Source: a bacterium
Lineage (GTDB): Bacteria; JADJOY01
Direction: 5' to 3'
DNA: 49,671 nt
Assembly: GCA_046331705.1 (NCBI GenBank)
Contig: JAXLQJ010000052.1
Span: 1 to 49,671, forward strand
In this document: in pieces, positions 29,544 to 39,169 of the stretch
How the letters are laid out: every line of letters starts with the position of its first letter
Position numbering within the stretch: the stretch's first letter is position 1
Position numbers and translations under genes: made by a program
Notes under the pieces: generated by a model
What the model was told of the DNA's origin: nothing
The model's input: the letters and a program-made list of their open reading frames with translations, nothing else
Databases searched by the model: none

Positions 29544-30185
29544 GTGAAGCTCTACGGTTATTGGCGATCGTCGGCGACGTATCGCGTGCGCATCGCCCTG
29601 CACCTCAAGCAGGTCCCGTTCGAGATCGTGCCGGTGAATCTGCTCGCGTCCGAGCAGCTCGGCGCCGGCTATCGCCACGTGAATCCGCAGGGACTGGTGC
29701 CGACACTGGTGGACGGCGCGCACACGATCCACCAATCGCTGGCGATCCTCGAATACCTGGACGAGTGTTACCCGGCGCCGCCGTTGCTACCCGAGACGCC
29801 GGCGGAGCGCGCGCGCGTTCGAGCGCTCGCCGCGCTCGTCGCGTGCGACGTGCACCCGCTGCAGAACACGCGGGTCGGCGCGTATCTCGTCGACGTGCTG
29901 GGCGTGTCCGAGGAGCAGCGGGCGACCTGGATGCGCCACTGGATGGCCGAGGGGCTCGCCGCATTCGAGCGGCTGATCGCGCATCATCCGGCGACCGGCC
30001 GGTTCTGCCACGGCGAACAGGTCACCCTGGCCGACGCGTTGCTCGTGCCGCAGATGCTGAACGCGCGGCGCGTGGGCGTCGCGCTCGACGGGTTTCCGAC
30101 CTTGCTGCGGGTCGAGTCGGAGTGCATGGCGCTCGACGCGTTCCAGCACGGTCATCCAACCCGGCAACCCGACGCGGTCCTCTGA
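29544..30185 (+). CDS. maiA: Maleylacetoacetate isomerase (GST zeta)
   Basis: YWRSSATYRVRIAL, VNPQGLVP, CDVHPLQN, HPTRQPD; GGAGG RBS before the GTG. Confidence 0.92.
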   Translation: MKLYGYWRSSATYRVRIALHLKQVPFEIVPVNLLASEQLGAGYRHVNPQGLVPTLVDGAHTIHQSLAILEYLDECYPAPPLLPETPAERARVRALAALVACDVHPLQNTRVGAYLVDVLGVSEEQRATWMRHWMAEGLAAFERLIAHHPATGRFCHGEQVTLADALLVPQMLNARRVGVALDGFPTLLRVESECMALDAFQHGHPTRQPDAVL

Positions 30186-30221
30186 GCGGGCGCTCGCGCG
30201 ACCCCGCGCGCGTGCCAGCGC

Positions 30222-31094
30222 TCAGCCGGCGACGTGCCGGAGCGTGGTCGAGGTCGCCGCCGCGGCAGCAGTCGCCGGCTTCCAGCCCGGGTGGCCGAAG
30301 AGATGGTGAAGCCGATCCGACCAGCTGGCGGCGCGGGCGAGGTCGCGGAACATCGCCGCCCATTCGTGGAAGGCCACCACCACCGGATTGAAGCTCTCGA
30401 TGTTCTTGGTGAGGCCGTAGATCGGGCGCTCGACCTCGGGCTCGAAGGTCCCGAAGAGCTTGTCCCAGACGATCAAGATGCCGGCGTAGTTCTTGTCGAG
30501 GTAGCGCGGATTGGAGCCGTGGTGCACGCGGTGATGGGACGGCGTGTTGAAGACCGCCTCGAACCAGGGCGGCATGCGATCGATGAGCTCGGTGTGGATC
30601 CAGTACTGATAGAGCAGGTTCCAGGCGCCCGCGATGAAGATCATCTCGGGCCGGAACCCGATCAGCGCGAGCGGAACGTAGAACAGGAATCCCAGGAACG
30701 GCGTCCAGGTCTGCCGGAGCGCCGTCGAGAGGTTGTAGCGCTGGCTCGAATGGTGGTTCACGTGGGTGGCCCAGAAGAGCCGCACCACGTGCCCCGCTCG
30801 GTGGTAGCCGTAGTAGCAGAGATCCCAGGCCACCATGACGCCCGCCCAGGCCCAGAAGCTCGTGCCGATGTCGAAGAGTCGAATCCGGTGGAGCCCCGAG
30901 AAGATCGCGAGCTCGATGGACTTCCAGTACACGCCCACCGCCAGGTAGCCGAGTCCCATGGAGAGGCTGGCGCCGGTGTCGCGCGCCTCGTAGGGGCGTC
31001 CGCGGGTGCGGGGTCCGCGGCGCAGCCACAGCGCTTCGCCGATCAGCGTGATCAGGAAGAACGGGATGGCGTAGAGGATGGGATTGTTCTGCAT
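30222..31094 (-). CDS. Sterol desaturase / alkylglycerol monooxygenase family protein
   Basis: His boxes YHRAGH, HVNHH, HHRVHH; YNLSTALRQ, DKNYAGILIVWDKLFGTF. Confidence 0.92.
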   Translation of the reverse strand: MQNNPILYAIPFFLITLIGEALWLRRGPRTRGRPYEARDTGASLSMGLGYLAVGVYWKSIELAIFSGLHRIRLFDIGTSFWAWAGVMVAWDLCYYGYHRAGHVVRLFWATHVNHHSSQRYNLSTALRQTWTPFLGFLFYVPLALIGFRPEMIFIAGAWNLLYQYWIHTELIDRMPPWFEAVFNTPSHHRVHHGSNPRYLDKNYAGILIVWDKLFGTFEPEVERPIYGLTKNIESFNPVVVAFHEWAAMFRDLARAASWSDRLHHLFGHPGWKPATAAAAATSTTLRHVAG

Positions 31095-31132
31095 GTCCGT
31101 GTCCGATCCGAGCTCGCGGCGCGCGCCGCTCC

Positions 31133-31822
31133 TCAGCGCCGCGGCCGCCCAGGCGTGGCGAGCAGCAGGTGGTAGGCCTCTCGCAGGAAGGGAATCGCCG
31201 GACGCGCGCCGCTCGGGGAAGACTCGACCAGCGAGCTGAGCGCGTAACCCTGCATCGCCATCAGCACCAGCGACACGCATTTCTCGAAGCGCAGTGGATC
31301 GGCGGCGGCTTCCGGGAAGAGCGCGCTGGCCACCGCGCGGAGGTTCTCGGCGTGGCGGTCGAGCACGGGGGCCAGGTTGGTGCGTAGCTCCTCGTCGGTG
31401 CGCGCGGCGGTGTAGAGCTCGTACGCGGCGAGCAGGCGTGGATCGCGAAACACGTCCCACAGCAGCTCGAGCGCCGACGTGAGACGATCGCGTGCGCCGT
31501 CGAGTCGGGCGAAGCGGGTCTGATACGACGTGACCAGGTCCGCGAACAGGTACTCGATGGTGGCGGCGAGGAGCGCCGACTTGGTGGGGAAGTGCAGGAA
31601 GAGCGCGCCCTGGCTCAGGTCGCCGCGCTTGCACACGGAAGTGGTGGTGAATCCGGCGTAGCCGTGCTCGACGAGCGTCGCGAGGGCGCTCTCGAGGAGC
31701 CGCGCGCGGGTGCTGGCGCGCCGCTCCGCTTGGGTGCGCCGGCGCGGCGGGCGGCCCAGGGCGGCGGCGCGCTGCGCGACGGACGAAAGACGCGGAGCGA
31801 TCGCTGCGGCACTCTTCTTCAT
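31133..31822 (-). CDS. TetR/AcrR family transcriptional regulator
   Basis: RRTQAERRASTRARLL, GYAGFTT, SQGALFLHFPTK; start uncertain. Confidence 0.9.
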   Translation of the reverse strand: MKKSAAAIAPRLSSVAQRAAALGRPPRRRTQAERRASTRARLLESALATLVEHGYAGFTTTSVCKRGDLSQGALFLHFPTKSALLAATIEYLFADLVTSYQTRFARLDGARDRLTSALELLWDVFRDPRLLAAYELYTAARTDEELRTNLAPVLDRHAENLRAVASALFPEAAADPLRFEKCVSLVLMAMQGYALSSLVESSPSGARPAIPFLREAYHLLLATPGRPRR

Positions 31823-31842
31823 GGTGGCGGCGATCCTACTCG

Positions 31843-31878
31843 TCAACTTAAAAAGTGACAAGTCGCTTTTTAAGTTGA
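31843..31878. promoter_or_regulatory. Long AT-rich inverted repeat, probable TetR operator
   Basis: TCAACTTAAAAAGTGAC-AA-GTCGCTTTTTAAGTTGA, 16 of 17 positions complementary, immediately upstream of tetR. Confidence 0.8.
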
Positions 31879-31921
31879 GTCGGCGAGCGCTCGAGGCGCG
31901 CGGCGGCGCGCGCCGAGGGCG

Positions 31922-32536
31922 TCAGCGCGCGCCGTGCGTCGACGCGACGGCGGAGCGGGCGAGCATCGCCTCGAGCCGCTGCTTCACGTCGGGCCAGTCG
32001 GTGTCGATGACGCTGTAGTAGACGCTGTGGCGAATCCGCGGTCCCGGGCAGACCATGTGGTTGCGGAACGTGCCCTCTTCCATCGCGCCGATTCGCAGCA
32101 AGGCCGCGCGCGAGCGCTCGTTCAGCGAATCGGTCTTGAACTCGACGCGGATGCAGCCCAGGTCCTCGAACGCGTGACGAAGCTGGAGGTACTTCGCCTC
32201 GGTGTTGCAGGCGGTGCGCTGCCAGGCCGGCGCGAGCCACGTCGACCCGATCTCGAGCCGGCGATGGTGCCTGTCGATGGCGAGAAACGAGGTCGAGCCG
32301 ACGGGACGCCCCGACTCGCGCTCGAGCGTGACGAAGGGAAGCCACGAGCCCTCGTCGCGCCAGCGCAGGCAACGCGCGAAGAACTCGCGCAGCTCCGCTT
32401 CGCTCTCGAGCGGCCACGGATACCAGCGGAAGAGCCCCTGGCCGAGGGCGAGCCCGACCAGCGCGTCGAAGTGCTCGTGCCGCATCGGCACCAGCGTGAC
32501 GGCGCGGCCCTCGAGCGTGACTGGGCGAACGTTCAT
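31922..32536 (-). CDS. GNAT N-acetyltransferase (RimJ/RimL-like)
   Basis: LEIGSTWL, NTEAKYL, RVEFKTDSLNERSRAA, EGTFRNHM. Confidence 0.92.
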   Translation of the reverse strand: MNVRPVTLEGRAVTLVPMRHEHFDALVGLALGQGLFRWYPWPLESEAELREFFARCLRWRDEGSWLPFVTLERESGRPVGSTSFLAIDRHHRRLEIGSTWLAPAWQRTACNTEAKYLQLRHAFEDLGCIRVEFKTDSLNERSRAALLRIGAMEEGTFRNHMVCPGPRIRHSVYYSVIDTDWPDVKQRLEAMLARSAVASTHGAR

Positions 32537-32586
32537 GGCGGTCCTCGCGTCTCGGTACGTCGGGCGCCGCAGGGTAATCTCGATCC

Positions 32587-33582
32587 ATGTGTCCAACGTG
32601 GGCGGTGAGCGAATCGTTGGTGACGAGCTGTGTGGAGCGCCAGCTCGGCTTCGCGCCGGCGTGGCTTCGCCGTCAGGTCGACGGCGAGCGGCTGCGGCGC
32701 TCCGCGGAGCGCCAGGTGCGGGCGGATCTGGCGCGCGTCGCGAGTCTCGAGTTCGCGCGGGGCTTCCAGCAGGCGTGCCCGCACCCCCGCGCCGAGCTCG
32801 AGGACTACGCGTTCAAGCTCTTGCCGATCGGGGTCCGGCAATGGCTCGTCACGTCGTTGCGCTTTCGCGGCGGAGATCTCGCCTGGCCGTTCGTGCAGGT
32901 GGACCATTCGACCATCGCGATCGTCGATCGCAACGGCTGGACGATCGTGGAGCGCGCGCTCGGCGACGCGTACGGTCACATCGCGCCGAAGGCCATTCGT
33001 ATCTTCGACGCGAGCGACGTCTTGCTGCGCGAGCTGAGCGGCCGGCCGGTGACGTGCGACGTACGGTTCTACGCGGCGACGCTCGGCGAGCTGCGATCGA
33101 TCGAGCTGCCGCCGCTCGACGTCGCCCTCGAGGTGCGCCCCGTGGCGCGCGTTTCGGACGACGGCTTTCGCCGCTACTGCGCGATCTACGAAGGGTTGCG
33201 CGGGGTGTCGGCGATCCACCGGCCGACCTCGGTCTGGCACGAGAAGCTCGAGGATCTGGCCGACGCGGCACGCGACGGGGTGGTGGCGGAGGTGTTCGTC
33301 GAGGGCGAGTGGGCCGGCCTCTTCGCTTACCTGCCGCTGAGCGAGCTCTTCTTCGACGGCCTCTGTGTGCTCGAGGCCGCGCTCGCACCAGCCGCCCGCG
33401 GCCGCGGAATCGCGGCGCACGTGCACCGTCGGCTGGTCGACGTGGTCGCGGCGCCGGACGAGGCCGTGCTCTTCGGGCACATCGCCGAGGGCAACGAGCC
33501 CTCGGCCCGCGCCGCGTTGCGCGCCGGCCGCCGCGCCGCCGGCGCCTATTGGTGGATCGACCTCACCGCAGCGGCGGCGTGA
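32587..33582 (+). CDS. Hypothetical protein, possible C-terminal GNAT-like fold
   Basis: Protein-like ORF; ARGRGIA and GHIAEGNEPS resemble acyl-CoA-binding motifs; start uncertain. Confidence 0.6.
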   Translation: MCPTWAVSESLVTSCVERQLGFAPAWLRRQVDGERLRRSAERQVRADLARVASLEFARGFQQACPHPRAELEDYAFKLLPIGVRQWLVTSLRFRGGDLAWPFVQVDHSTIAIVDRNGWTIVERALGDAYGHIAPKAIRIFDASDVLLRELSGRPVTCDVRFYAATLGELRSIELPPLDVALEVRPVARVSDDGFRRYCAIYEGLRGVSAIHRPTSVWHEKLEDLADAARDGVVAEVFVEGEWAGLFAYLPLSELFFDGLCVLEAALAPAARGRGIAAHVHRRLVDVVAAPDEAVLFGHIAEGNEPSARAALRAGRRAAGAYWWIDLTAAAA

Positions 33583-34333
33583 AACGGTCCACCATCCAAC
33601 GCGTGAGCGGCGGCATCCAGCGCGCCAGCGCGTTGAAGCCGCCGGGATAGATCACGCGCCCGTCGTTCCGCTCCACCGCCCGATACACGAGGCGCGCCAG
33701 CTCGTCCACGTTGCCCTGCGGCTGGAAACGCAGCATCCACGTGGGCTCGTAGGCCGCGAGGCCCTTGTTGCCCATGTCGGTGGGGATGATCCCCGGGTAC
33801 ACCGTGACGACGTTGACGCCCGTGTCGCGTAGCTCGCCGCGCAGCGCCTCGGAAGCCGCGGCGATCCCGCCTTTCGCCGCGTTGTAGTACGTCATGCCGA
33901 GGGTGGGCGCGAGCGCCGCCATCGACGCGATGTTGACGATCGTGCCGCTGCGCCGCGCCAGCATCGCGGGCAGGACCGCGCGGATCAGCCGCAGCGGCGT
34001 CATGACGTTGAGCCTGAGGACGCGTTCGCCGTCGTTCACGTCCGCGATCGCCGTGGGACCGACCACCTGCGCGCCAGCGTTGTTCACCAGCACGTCCGGC
34101 TCGCCGAACGCCGCTCGAGCGTCGTCGAGCCATGCGGCCGCGCTCTCGGGATCGGCGAGGTCGGCCTCGACGACACGGCCGTGGGCACCGGTCTCGCGGA
34201 GCAGCGACTGCATCGGCGCACCGCGCCGCGCGACCAGCGTCAGGCGCGCGCCGCCGCGAGCGAAGGCACGCGCGATGCCGGCGCCGATTCCCGCCGATGC
34301 GCCGGTGACGATCACGTGGGGCGACGAGCTCAT
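33563..34333 (-). CDS. Short-chain dehydrogenase/reductase
   Basis: TGASAGIG, NNAG, YNAAK. Confidence 0.93.
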   Translation of the reverse strand: MSSSPHVIVTGASAGIGAGIARAFARGGARLTLVARRGAPMQSLLRETGAHGRVVEADLADPESAAAWLDDARAAFGEPDVLVNNAGAQVVGPTAIADVNDGERVLRLNVMTPLRLIRAVLPAMLARRSGTIVNIASMAALAPTLGMTYYNAAKGGIAAASEALRGELRDTGVNVVTVYPGIIPTDMGNKGLAAYEPTWMLRFQPQGNVDELARLVYRAVERNDGRVIYPGGFNALARWMPPLTRWMVDRFTPPLR

Positions 34334-35517
34334 GACGATGCTCCTGTGGCTGGCGTGCGGGGAGCGATGGCGAAGCGGCGGTGCTCGGCCGCGAATTCGG
34401 GCACCGAGCTTTGCCCATCGAGCGCCAGCTCGGCGAGGATCCTGCCCACGAGCGGCGCGAACTTGAAGCCGTGTCCCGAGAAGCCCGCCCCCACGATCAC
34501 ACGCGGTTCGCCGGGCAGACGGTCGACGATGAAGTCCTCGTCGGAGGTGCAGGTGTAGAGACAGGTCTCGGCACGCGCCACGTCTCCGACGGCGATGGCG
34601 AGCTCGCGTGCGGCGCGGTCGCGGAGGCGCGCGACCTCTGCGCCGTCCGCGTCGCAGCCGGCGTCGGGATCGTCTGCCGCGCCATCGAGGCGGTGCCGCG
34701 CGATCTTGAGCAAGCCGGCGTCGAGATCGGGCAAGGCGTAGTGGAGGCCGCTCGTTTCGGATCCGATCTCCACCCAGAGCGGCACGCGTCCCAGCCGGAA
34801 GCCCTCGGCATCGCTCGCGGGCCGCAGATACGCCACGGTCTGTCGCAGCACCGTGAGCCGATCCGCGAGCCCGGGGACCAGCCTCGAGGTCCAGGCGCCC
34901 GCCGCCACGATCACGCGTTCGGCCACGAGCACGCCAGCGGCGGTCACGATGCGATAACCGCCGCCGCCGACCTCGAGGGCCAGCACCGCGGTGTGCGTGA
35001 AGATGCGGGCTCCGCGTGCTGCGGCGAGGCGAGCGAGCGCACGCACGGTCCGCTCGGCCGCGACCACGGCGCAGGTGCGATCGTCGAGGACGTAGGCGCA
35101 GCGCTCGAAGCGCAGCGCCGGATGGCGGCGCCGGGCCTCGGTGGGGCAGAGCTCCTCGACGAGGTCGTCGCCCAGGCCGGCGCTGCGGACCGCGTCACGA
35201 TAGGCGTCGATCGGCCCCGCGTCCGCGCCGAAGAACACGCCCGGACTTCGGTGCAACAGCCGCTCGTCCGCGTCGCGCTCGAGGCGCGCCCAGTCCTCGA
35301 GCTCGGCGCGTCGCATGAGCCGCGCGTAGAGAGGGTCGGCGTAGGTGCTGCGGGCGATGCGCGCCGCGCCGTGCGAGCTGCCGTGGGGGTGGCCGACGGC
35401 GAAGCGCTCCACGAGCGCGATCGGCTCGCGCGTGCGGCGGGACAGGGCCTCGAGCGCGGCGAGCCCCATCACGCCACCGCCGATCACCACCGCGGCGTAA
35501 TGCTCCGACACGTTCAC
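34330..35517 (-). CDS. Monomeric sarcosine oxidase / N-methyltryptophan oxidase (SolA-like) flavoprotein
   Basis: GGGVMG, HGSSHGAARIAR, CLYT (flavinylation Cys position), GFSGHGFKF. Confidence 0.9.
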   Translation of the reverse strand: MNVSEHYAAVVIGGGVMGLAALEALSRRTREPIALVERFAVGHPHGSSHGAARIARSTYADPLYARLMRRAELEDWARLERDADERLLHRSPGVFFGADAGPIDAYRDAVRSAGLGDDLVEELCPTEARRRHPALRFERCAYVLDDRTCAVVAAERTVRALARLAAARGARIFTHTAVLALEVGGGGYRIVTAAGVLVAERVIVAAGAWTSRLVPGLADRLTVLRQTVAYLRPASDAEGFRLGRVPLWVEIGSETSGLHYALPDLDAGLLKIARHRLDGAADDPDAGCDADGAEVARLRDRAARELAIAVGDVARAETCLYTCTSDEDFIVDRLPGEPRVIVGAGFSGHGFKFAPLVGRILAELALDGQSSVPEFAAEHRRFAIAPRTPATGASS

Positions 35518-37052
35518 GTTCCTGGAGACTCACCGCCGCGGGCGAGGCCGTCGCGAATCGCGCGGAAACGCGGCTCGTCGCGGATGACGTCGAGGTCGTG
35601 GTCGGCTTCGAGGCCCGCGCGGTCGGCGAAGCCGAGGGCGGCGCTCCTCTCCAACGCGTCGAGCGCGGCGTCGGGCTCGTGGGCGCGGGCCCGCATGCAC
35701 GCGAGGTCGTACCAGAGCGCGGCGCGATCGCCGTGGATCTCGGTCGCGAGCTCGAGGGAGAGCGCGGCGCGCGTCAGCGCGTGGCGCTCGCCGAGCTCGC
35801 GCGGCGTGTAGAACGCGAGGAAGCTGTACAGGTGCTCGATCACGCGCTCGGCCGCCTCGACGCGTGTCGCATCGGCCGGCGCGCGCTTCGCCTCGCGCAG
35901 CTCGGCGAGCTCCGCGCGAATCGCGCGCGCGGCGTCGTCCGGGACGACGCCGGTCGGGCGCGCGAGCGCGGCGACGAGCCGCTCGACGACCTCGCGCCGC
36001 TTGCGCTCCCAGCGCAGCGCGCGCTCGCGGGTCTCGCGTTCTTCCGCCAGTGCGGGTGCGGCGCTCACGCGCGCGATCGCCTCCGCTACGGCCGCCGCGA
36101 ATTTCGGGTCGTCGGCGAAGCCGAGTGCGTCACGCTGGATCTCGCGGTAGCGCTGCAGCGCCGCGTCGAGCTGGCCGCCGTCCTCGAGCGCGCGCGCCTC
36201 GTCGAGCCACGACTGGCGAAGGGCGTTCGCGATCCCGCGATCCACCGGGCGCTTGGCGGTGCGCATCGCGGCGAGCTCGAACCAGCCGAGCGCATCGCTG
36301 GCGACCGCCGCGGGTGGCCACTCGTGCTCGCCCGCGAAGGTGGCGAAGCGATGCGGGAGCTCGAGCTCGTCGAGCGAGCGATCGAGCGTGCGCATCTCGA
36401 GGTAGTTGAAGTCACGGTTTCCAGCCGTGGCGAAGACGGCGAAGGGCAGCGAGCGGGTGGGCGGGCTTTCCACCGGGGCGCCGCCGCTCGCCGCGACGAC
36501 GCCAGCGACGTTGGGAGCGAGCCCCAGCCCCAACGCCCACGCGCCGCGGGCGGTGCCGGAGAGACCGGCGAGGTAGAGCCGTCGCGGATCGACGGCGAAG
36601 CGTGCGTCCGCGTCGGCGAGCATCGCCTTCATGGCGCGCACGTTCGGTTCCCAGGGCCCATCGCTCGACGTGTCGTCGGAGCTCAGCACCAGCCAGCCGT
36701 AGCGCTCCGCGCCCGCGCGGAAGAGCTCGGCGCCGAGGCGGCCACGGCCGCGCGGATCGAGCACGAAGAGCGTCGGCCAGCGGCGCGTCGCGGCGTACGT
36801 GGACGGTAGGTAGAGCGCGTAGCTCTGGGTCGGGTCCGAGCGGCTGACGACCGAATCGTGAATGCGCCCCGGCACCAACGATCGCGAGTCGGTGGGAGGG
36901 CGCGGTGCCTTCGCCGCCGGAGCGCTCCCGCTGGACGATCCCGCGAGGGGCGCGCAGCCCACGAGCCACGCAAGGACGCTCGCGACGAGCGCACCGGAGG
37001 CGCGAAGCGGGTGCGCGCGGACGAAAGCGGTGCTCGCAGCGGGTCGGCTCAC
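35514..37052 (-). CDS. Alpha/beta-hydrolase-like lipoprotein with C-terminal TPR
   Basis: SYALYLP, YLAGLSG, GEHEWPP; WYDLAC...ALDALERS TPR-like end; lipobox LVGC; GTG overlaps the rsgA stop. Confidence 0.75.
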   Translation of the reverse strand: MSRPAASTAFVRAHPLRASGALVASVLAWLVGCAPLAGSSSGSAPAAKAPRPPTDSRSLVPGRIHDSVVSRSDPTQSYALYLPSTYAATRRWPTLFVLDPRGRGRLGAELFRAGAERYGWLVLSSDDTSSDGPWEPNVRAMKAMLADADARFAVDPRRLYLAGLSGTARGAWALGLGLAPNVAGVVAASGGAPVESPPTRSLPFAVFATAGNRDFNYLEMRTLDRSLDELELPHRFATFAGEHEWPPAAVASDALGWFELAAMRTAKRPVDRGIANALRQSWLDEARALEDGGQLDAALQRYREIQRDALGFADDPKFAAAVAEAIARVSAAPALAEERETRERALRWERKRREVVERLVAALARPTGVVPDDAARAIRAELAELREAKRAPADATRVEAAERVIEHLYSFLAFYTPRELGERHALTRAALSLELATEIHGDRAALWYDLACMRARAHEPDAALDALERSAALGFADRAGLEADHDLDVIRDEPRFRAIRDGLARGGESPGT

Positions 37053-38140
37053 TTCCGGCCCTTGGCCATCAAGTGCTTGCGGACCGCCATGGAGCGTTCG
37101 CGCTTCGACGCTTCGCGCCGGGACGTCCCGCGCTGAGCGTGTGTGGCGATGCGGTCCTGCTCGCGACGAAGGAAGCGCCAGGATTCGACGCGCTCGCGCA
37201 CAAGCTCGCCGCGCGCGAGCGCTTGCGCCACGGCGCAGCCAGGCTCGCCCTCGTGGCGGCAGTCGCCGAATCGGCAACCGGCGGCCACCTCCGCCACGTC
37301 GGGAAAGGCGTCGTCGAGGCCTTCGTCGCCATCCCACACGCCGACCTCGCGCAGCCCCGGTGTGTCGAGGACGAGCGTGCCTGGCCGAATCGGCAACAAC
37401 GAACGGGTGGAGGTCGTGTGTCGTCCCTTGGAGTCCGAGCCCACGTCGGTGGTGGCCTGGATCTCTGCGCCCAGCCAGCGATTCACGAGCGTCGACTTGC
37501 CGGCGCCCGAGGTTCCGACGACCGCCACCGTGGTCGGAGCGCGGAGATAGCGGTCGAGCGCCTCGAGCCCTTGCCCGGTGAGCGCGCTGATGACGTGGAC
37601 GTCGGCGCTCGGTGCAGCCGCGCGAGCGCGCTCCACGTAGGGCGCGGGATCGTCCACGAGATCGGCCTTGCTCAGCACCACCACCAGCTTCACTCCGCCG
37701 TCGGCGAGGATCGTCGCGAACCGCTCGATGCGCCGTTCGTTGACGTCGCGGCCGAGCGCCACCAGCAAGAACGCGGTGTCGACGTTCGCGGCGAGCGTCT
37801 GGATGGCGACGATCTTGCCGGCCGCCTTGCGCTCGATCCAGGTGCGGCGCGGCAGCACGCCGACGATCACGCGCTGCGATTCGTCGACCTCGGCTGCCCG
37901 CAGCGCGACCCAATCGCCCACCACCGGCCGCAGCGCGGTGCCCGATTCCACGTCGTGGCGAAGACGGCCGGCGATGGTCGCGAGGACCTCGCCATCGCGC
38001 GTGGCGATTCCCCAATAGTTCGGGTGCTCGCTCACGACGCGGCCGATCCGGTCGAGCGATAGCTCGTTCGCCTCGACGATCGAACGCCAGGCGTCGTCGA
38101 GTCCCAGATCCGTGAGGCGCTCGTCTTCCACGAGCGCCAC
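37049..38140 (-). CDS. rsgA: Ribosome small subunit-dependent GTPase A
   Basis: VVGDWV, AANVD, SKADL, GTSGAGKST, GRHTT, DTPGLRE, Zn finger CRFGDCRHEGEPGC. Confidence 0.95.
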   Translation of the reverse strand: MALVEDERLTDLGLDDAWRSIVEANELSLDRIGRVVSEHPNYWGIATRDGEVLATIAGRLRHDVESGTALRPVVGDWVALRAAEVDESQRVIVGVLPRRTWIERKAAGKIVAIQTLAANVDTAFLLVALGRDVNERRIERFATILADGGVKLVVVLSKADLVDDPAPYVERARAAAPSADVHVISALTGQGLEALDRYLRAPTTVAVVGTSGAGKSTLVNRWLGAEIQATTDVGSDSKGRHTTSTRSLLPIRPGTLVLDTPGLREVGVWDGDEGLDDAFPDVAEVAAGCRFGDCRHEGEPGCAVAQALARGELVRERVESWRFLRREQDRIATHAQRGTSRREASKRERSMAVRKHLMAKGRK

Positions 38141-38251
38141 TTTAGCCCGGAAACCTCCGTGGATCGGGAGCCGTCGCAGCGGGACGGCGAGGACCTCGGC
38201 TCCACTCGGGCCGCTGCGGCCGAGCCGGCCGCAGCGCGGCCCGCGCGACGC

Positions 38252-39013
38252 TCAGGCGCGCGCGCGGCGCTCGACGGGCATGCTGTGACGCTCGTCGCGC
38301 CGGTCGGTTCGCTCGGTGCGCCGCTCGTCGCGACGGTCCTGGCCGGCGTAAGCGCGGTGCGCGTCGCGCTCGGTGCCCGGGCCGACGGCCGCGAGCACGG
38401 ATCGCGCGTTCGCTTGCTCGGCTCCGCCGACCGCCGATGTCGATTGACGCGCGAGAGCGGTCTCGCTCGAGGGCACGGCCGCCTGAGACGCGGTGGCCGT
38501 GCCGCTGTCCTCGGTGAGCCACTGGAACGCGTGATTCGGACCGTCGTAGTCCCGGATCACGTCGACCCAGTAGGTGCCGTACTCGTCGCTGACCTGGATC
38601 TTGTCCGTGTCGACTGCGGTCACGTTCAGCCCGGCCGCTTGAAGGTCCGGCACCATCGACTCGAGGAGCGCCTGCGCGCTCTCCTTGCTGTTCACCGACG
38701 ACAGATCGTAGTTCCACGCGACCCGCGCGAACTGATACTTCGACGTCTGGTGGCTGGTGTCGGCGATCTTGTCGTAGTTGAACCCGCTCATCTCCGACTT
38801 CGGCAGACCGCTCGGGGCGGCTCCCGACGGGCTCGCGGGCGGGACCGTCATGGTCGCCGGCACCGTACCGCTGGTGTTGCCGAGAAGCGCCGAGAGCACG
38901 CTCGAGAACTCCGAGGCGCTCAGCTCACCGCTCTTGTCGGTATCGAACTGATTCATGATCTGGAGCGTGAGATCCTGAATGGAGCTCTGCGCGCTGACGG
39001 CTGAGGTCGACAT
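38252..39013 (-). CDS. EF-hand-containing hypothetical protein
   Basis: FDTDKSGELSASEF canonical EF loop; GGAGG RBS before MSTSA. Confidence 0.75.
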   Translation of the reverse strand: MSTSAVSAQSSIQDLTLQIMNQFDTDKSGELSASEFSSVLSALLGNTSGTVPATMTVPPASPSGAAPSGLPKSEMSGFNYDKIADTSHQTSKYQFARVAWNYDLSSVNSKESAQALLESMVPDLQAAGLNVTAVDTDKIQVSDEYGTYWVDVIRDYDGPNHAFQWLTEDSGTATASQAAVPSSETALARQSTSAVGGAEQANARSVLAAVGPGTERDAHRAYAGQDRRDERRTERTDRRDERHSMPVERRARA

Positions 39014-39066
39014 GCTTCCCTCCCTGGAAGCGGGGCTCGTTGCCCGCGGCTGACGCATCGGCACCG

Positions 39067-39082
39067 TGCAAGGCTGGTACCG
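39067..39082 (-). promoter_or_regulatory. Sigma-54 promoter of the EF-hand gene
   Basis: Minus strand CGGTAC-CAGCC-TTGCA (GG-N10-GC, consensus TTGCA), about 55 nt upstream of the ATG. Confidence 0.6.
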
Positions 39083-39154
39083 CGGCAGCCGCAGCGTCGC
39101 TGCAGGGAAATCCGCAGGGGCGCGACGCGACAGTCACGCGAATGGGCAGGGGCT

Positions 39155-39169
39155 CGGCAGAATCTGCCG
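39155..39169. promoter_or_regulatory. Palindrome, candidate enhancer for the sigma-54 promoter
   Basis: CGGCAG-AAT-CTGCCG perfect inverted repeat. Confidence 0.45.
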
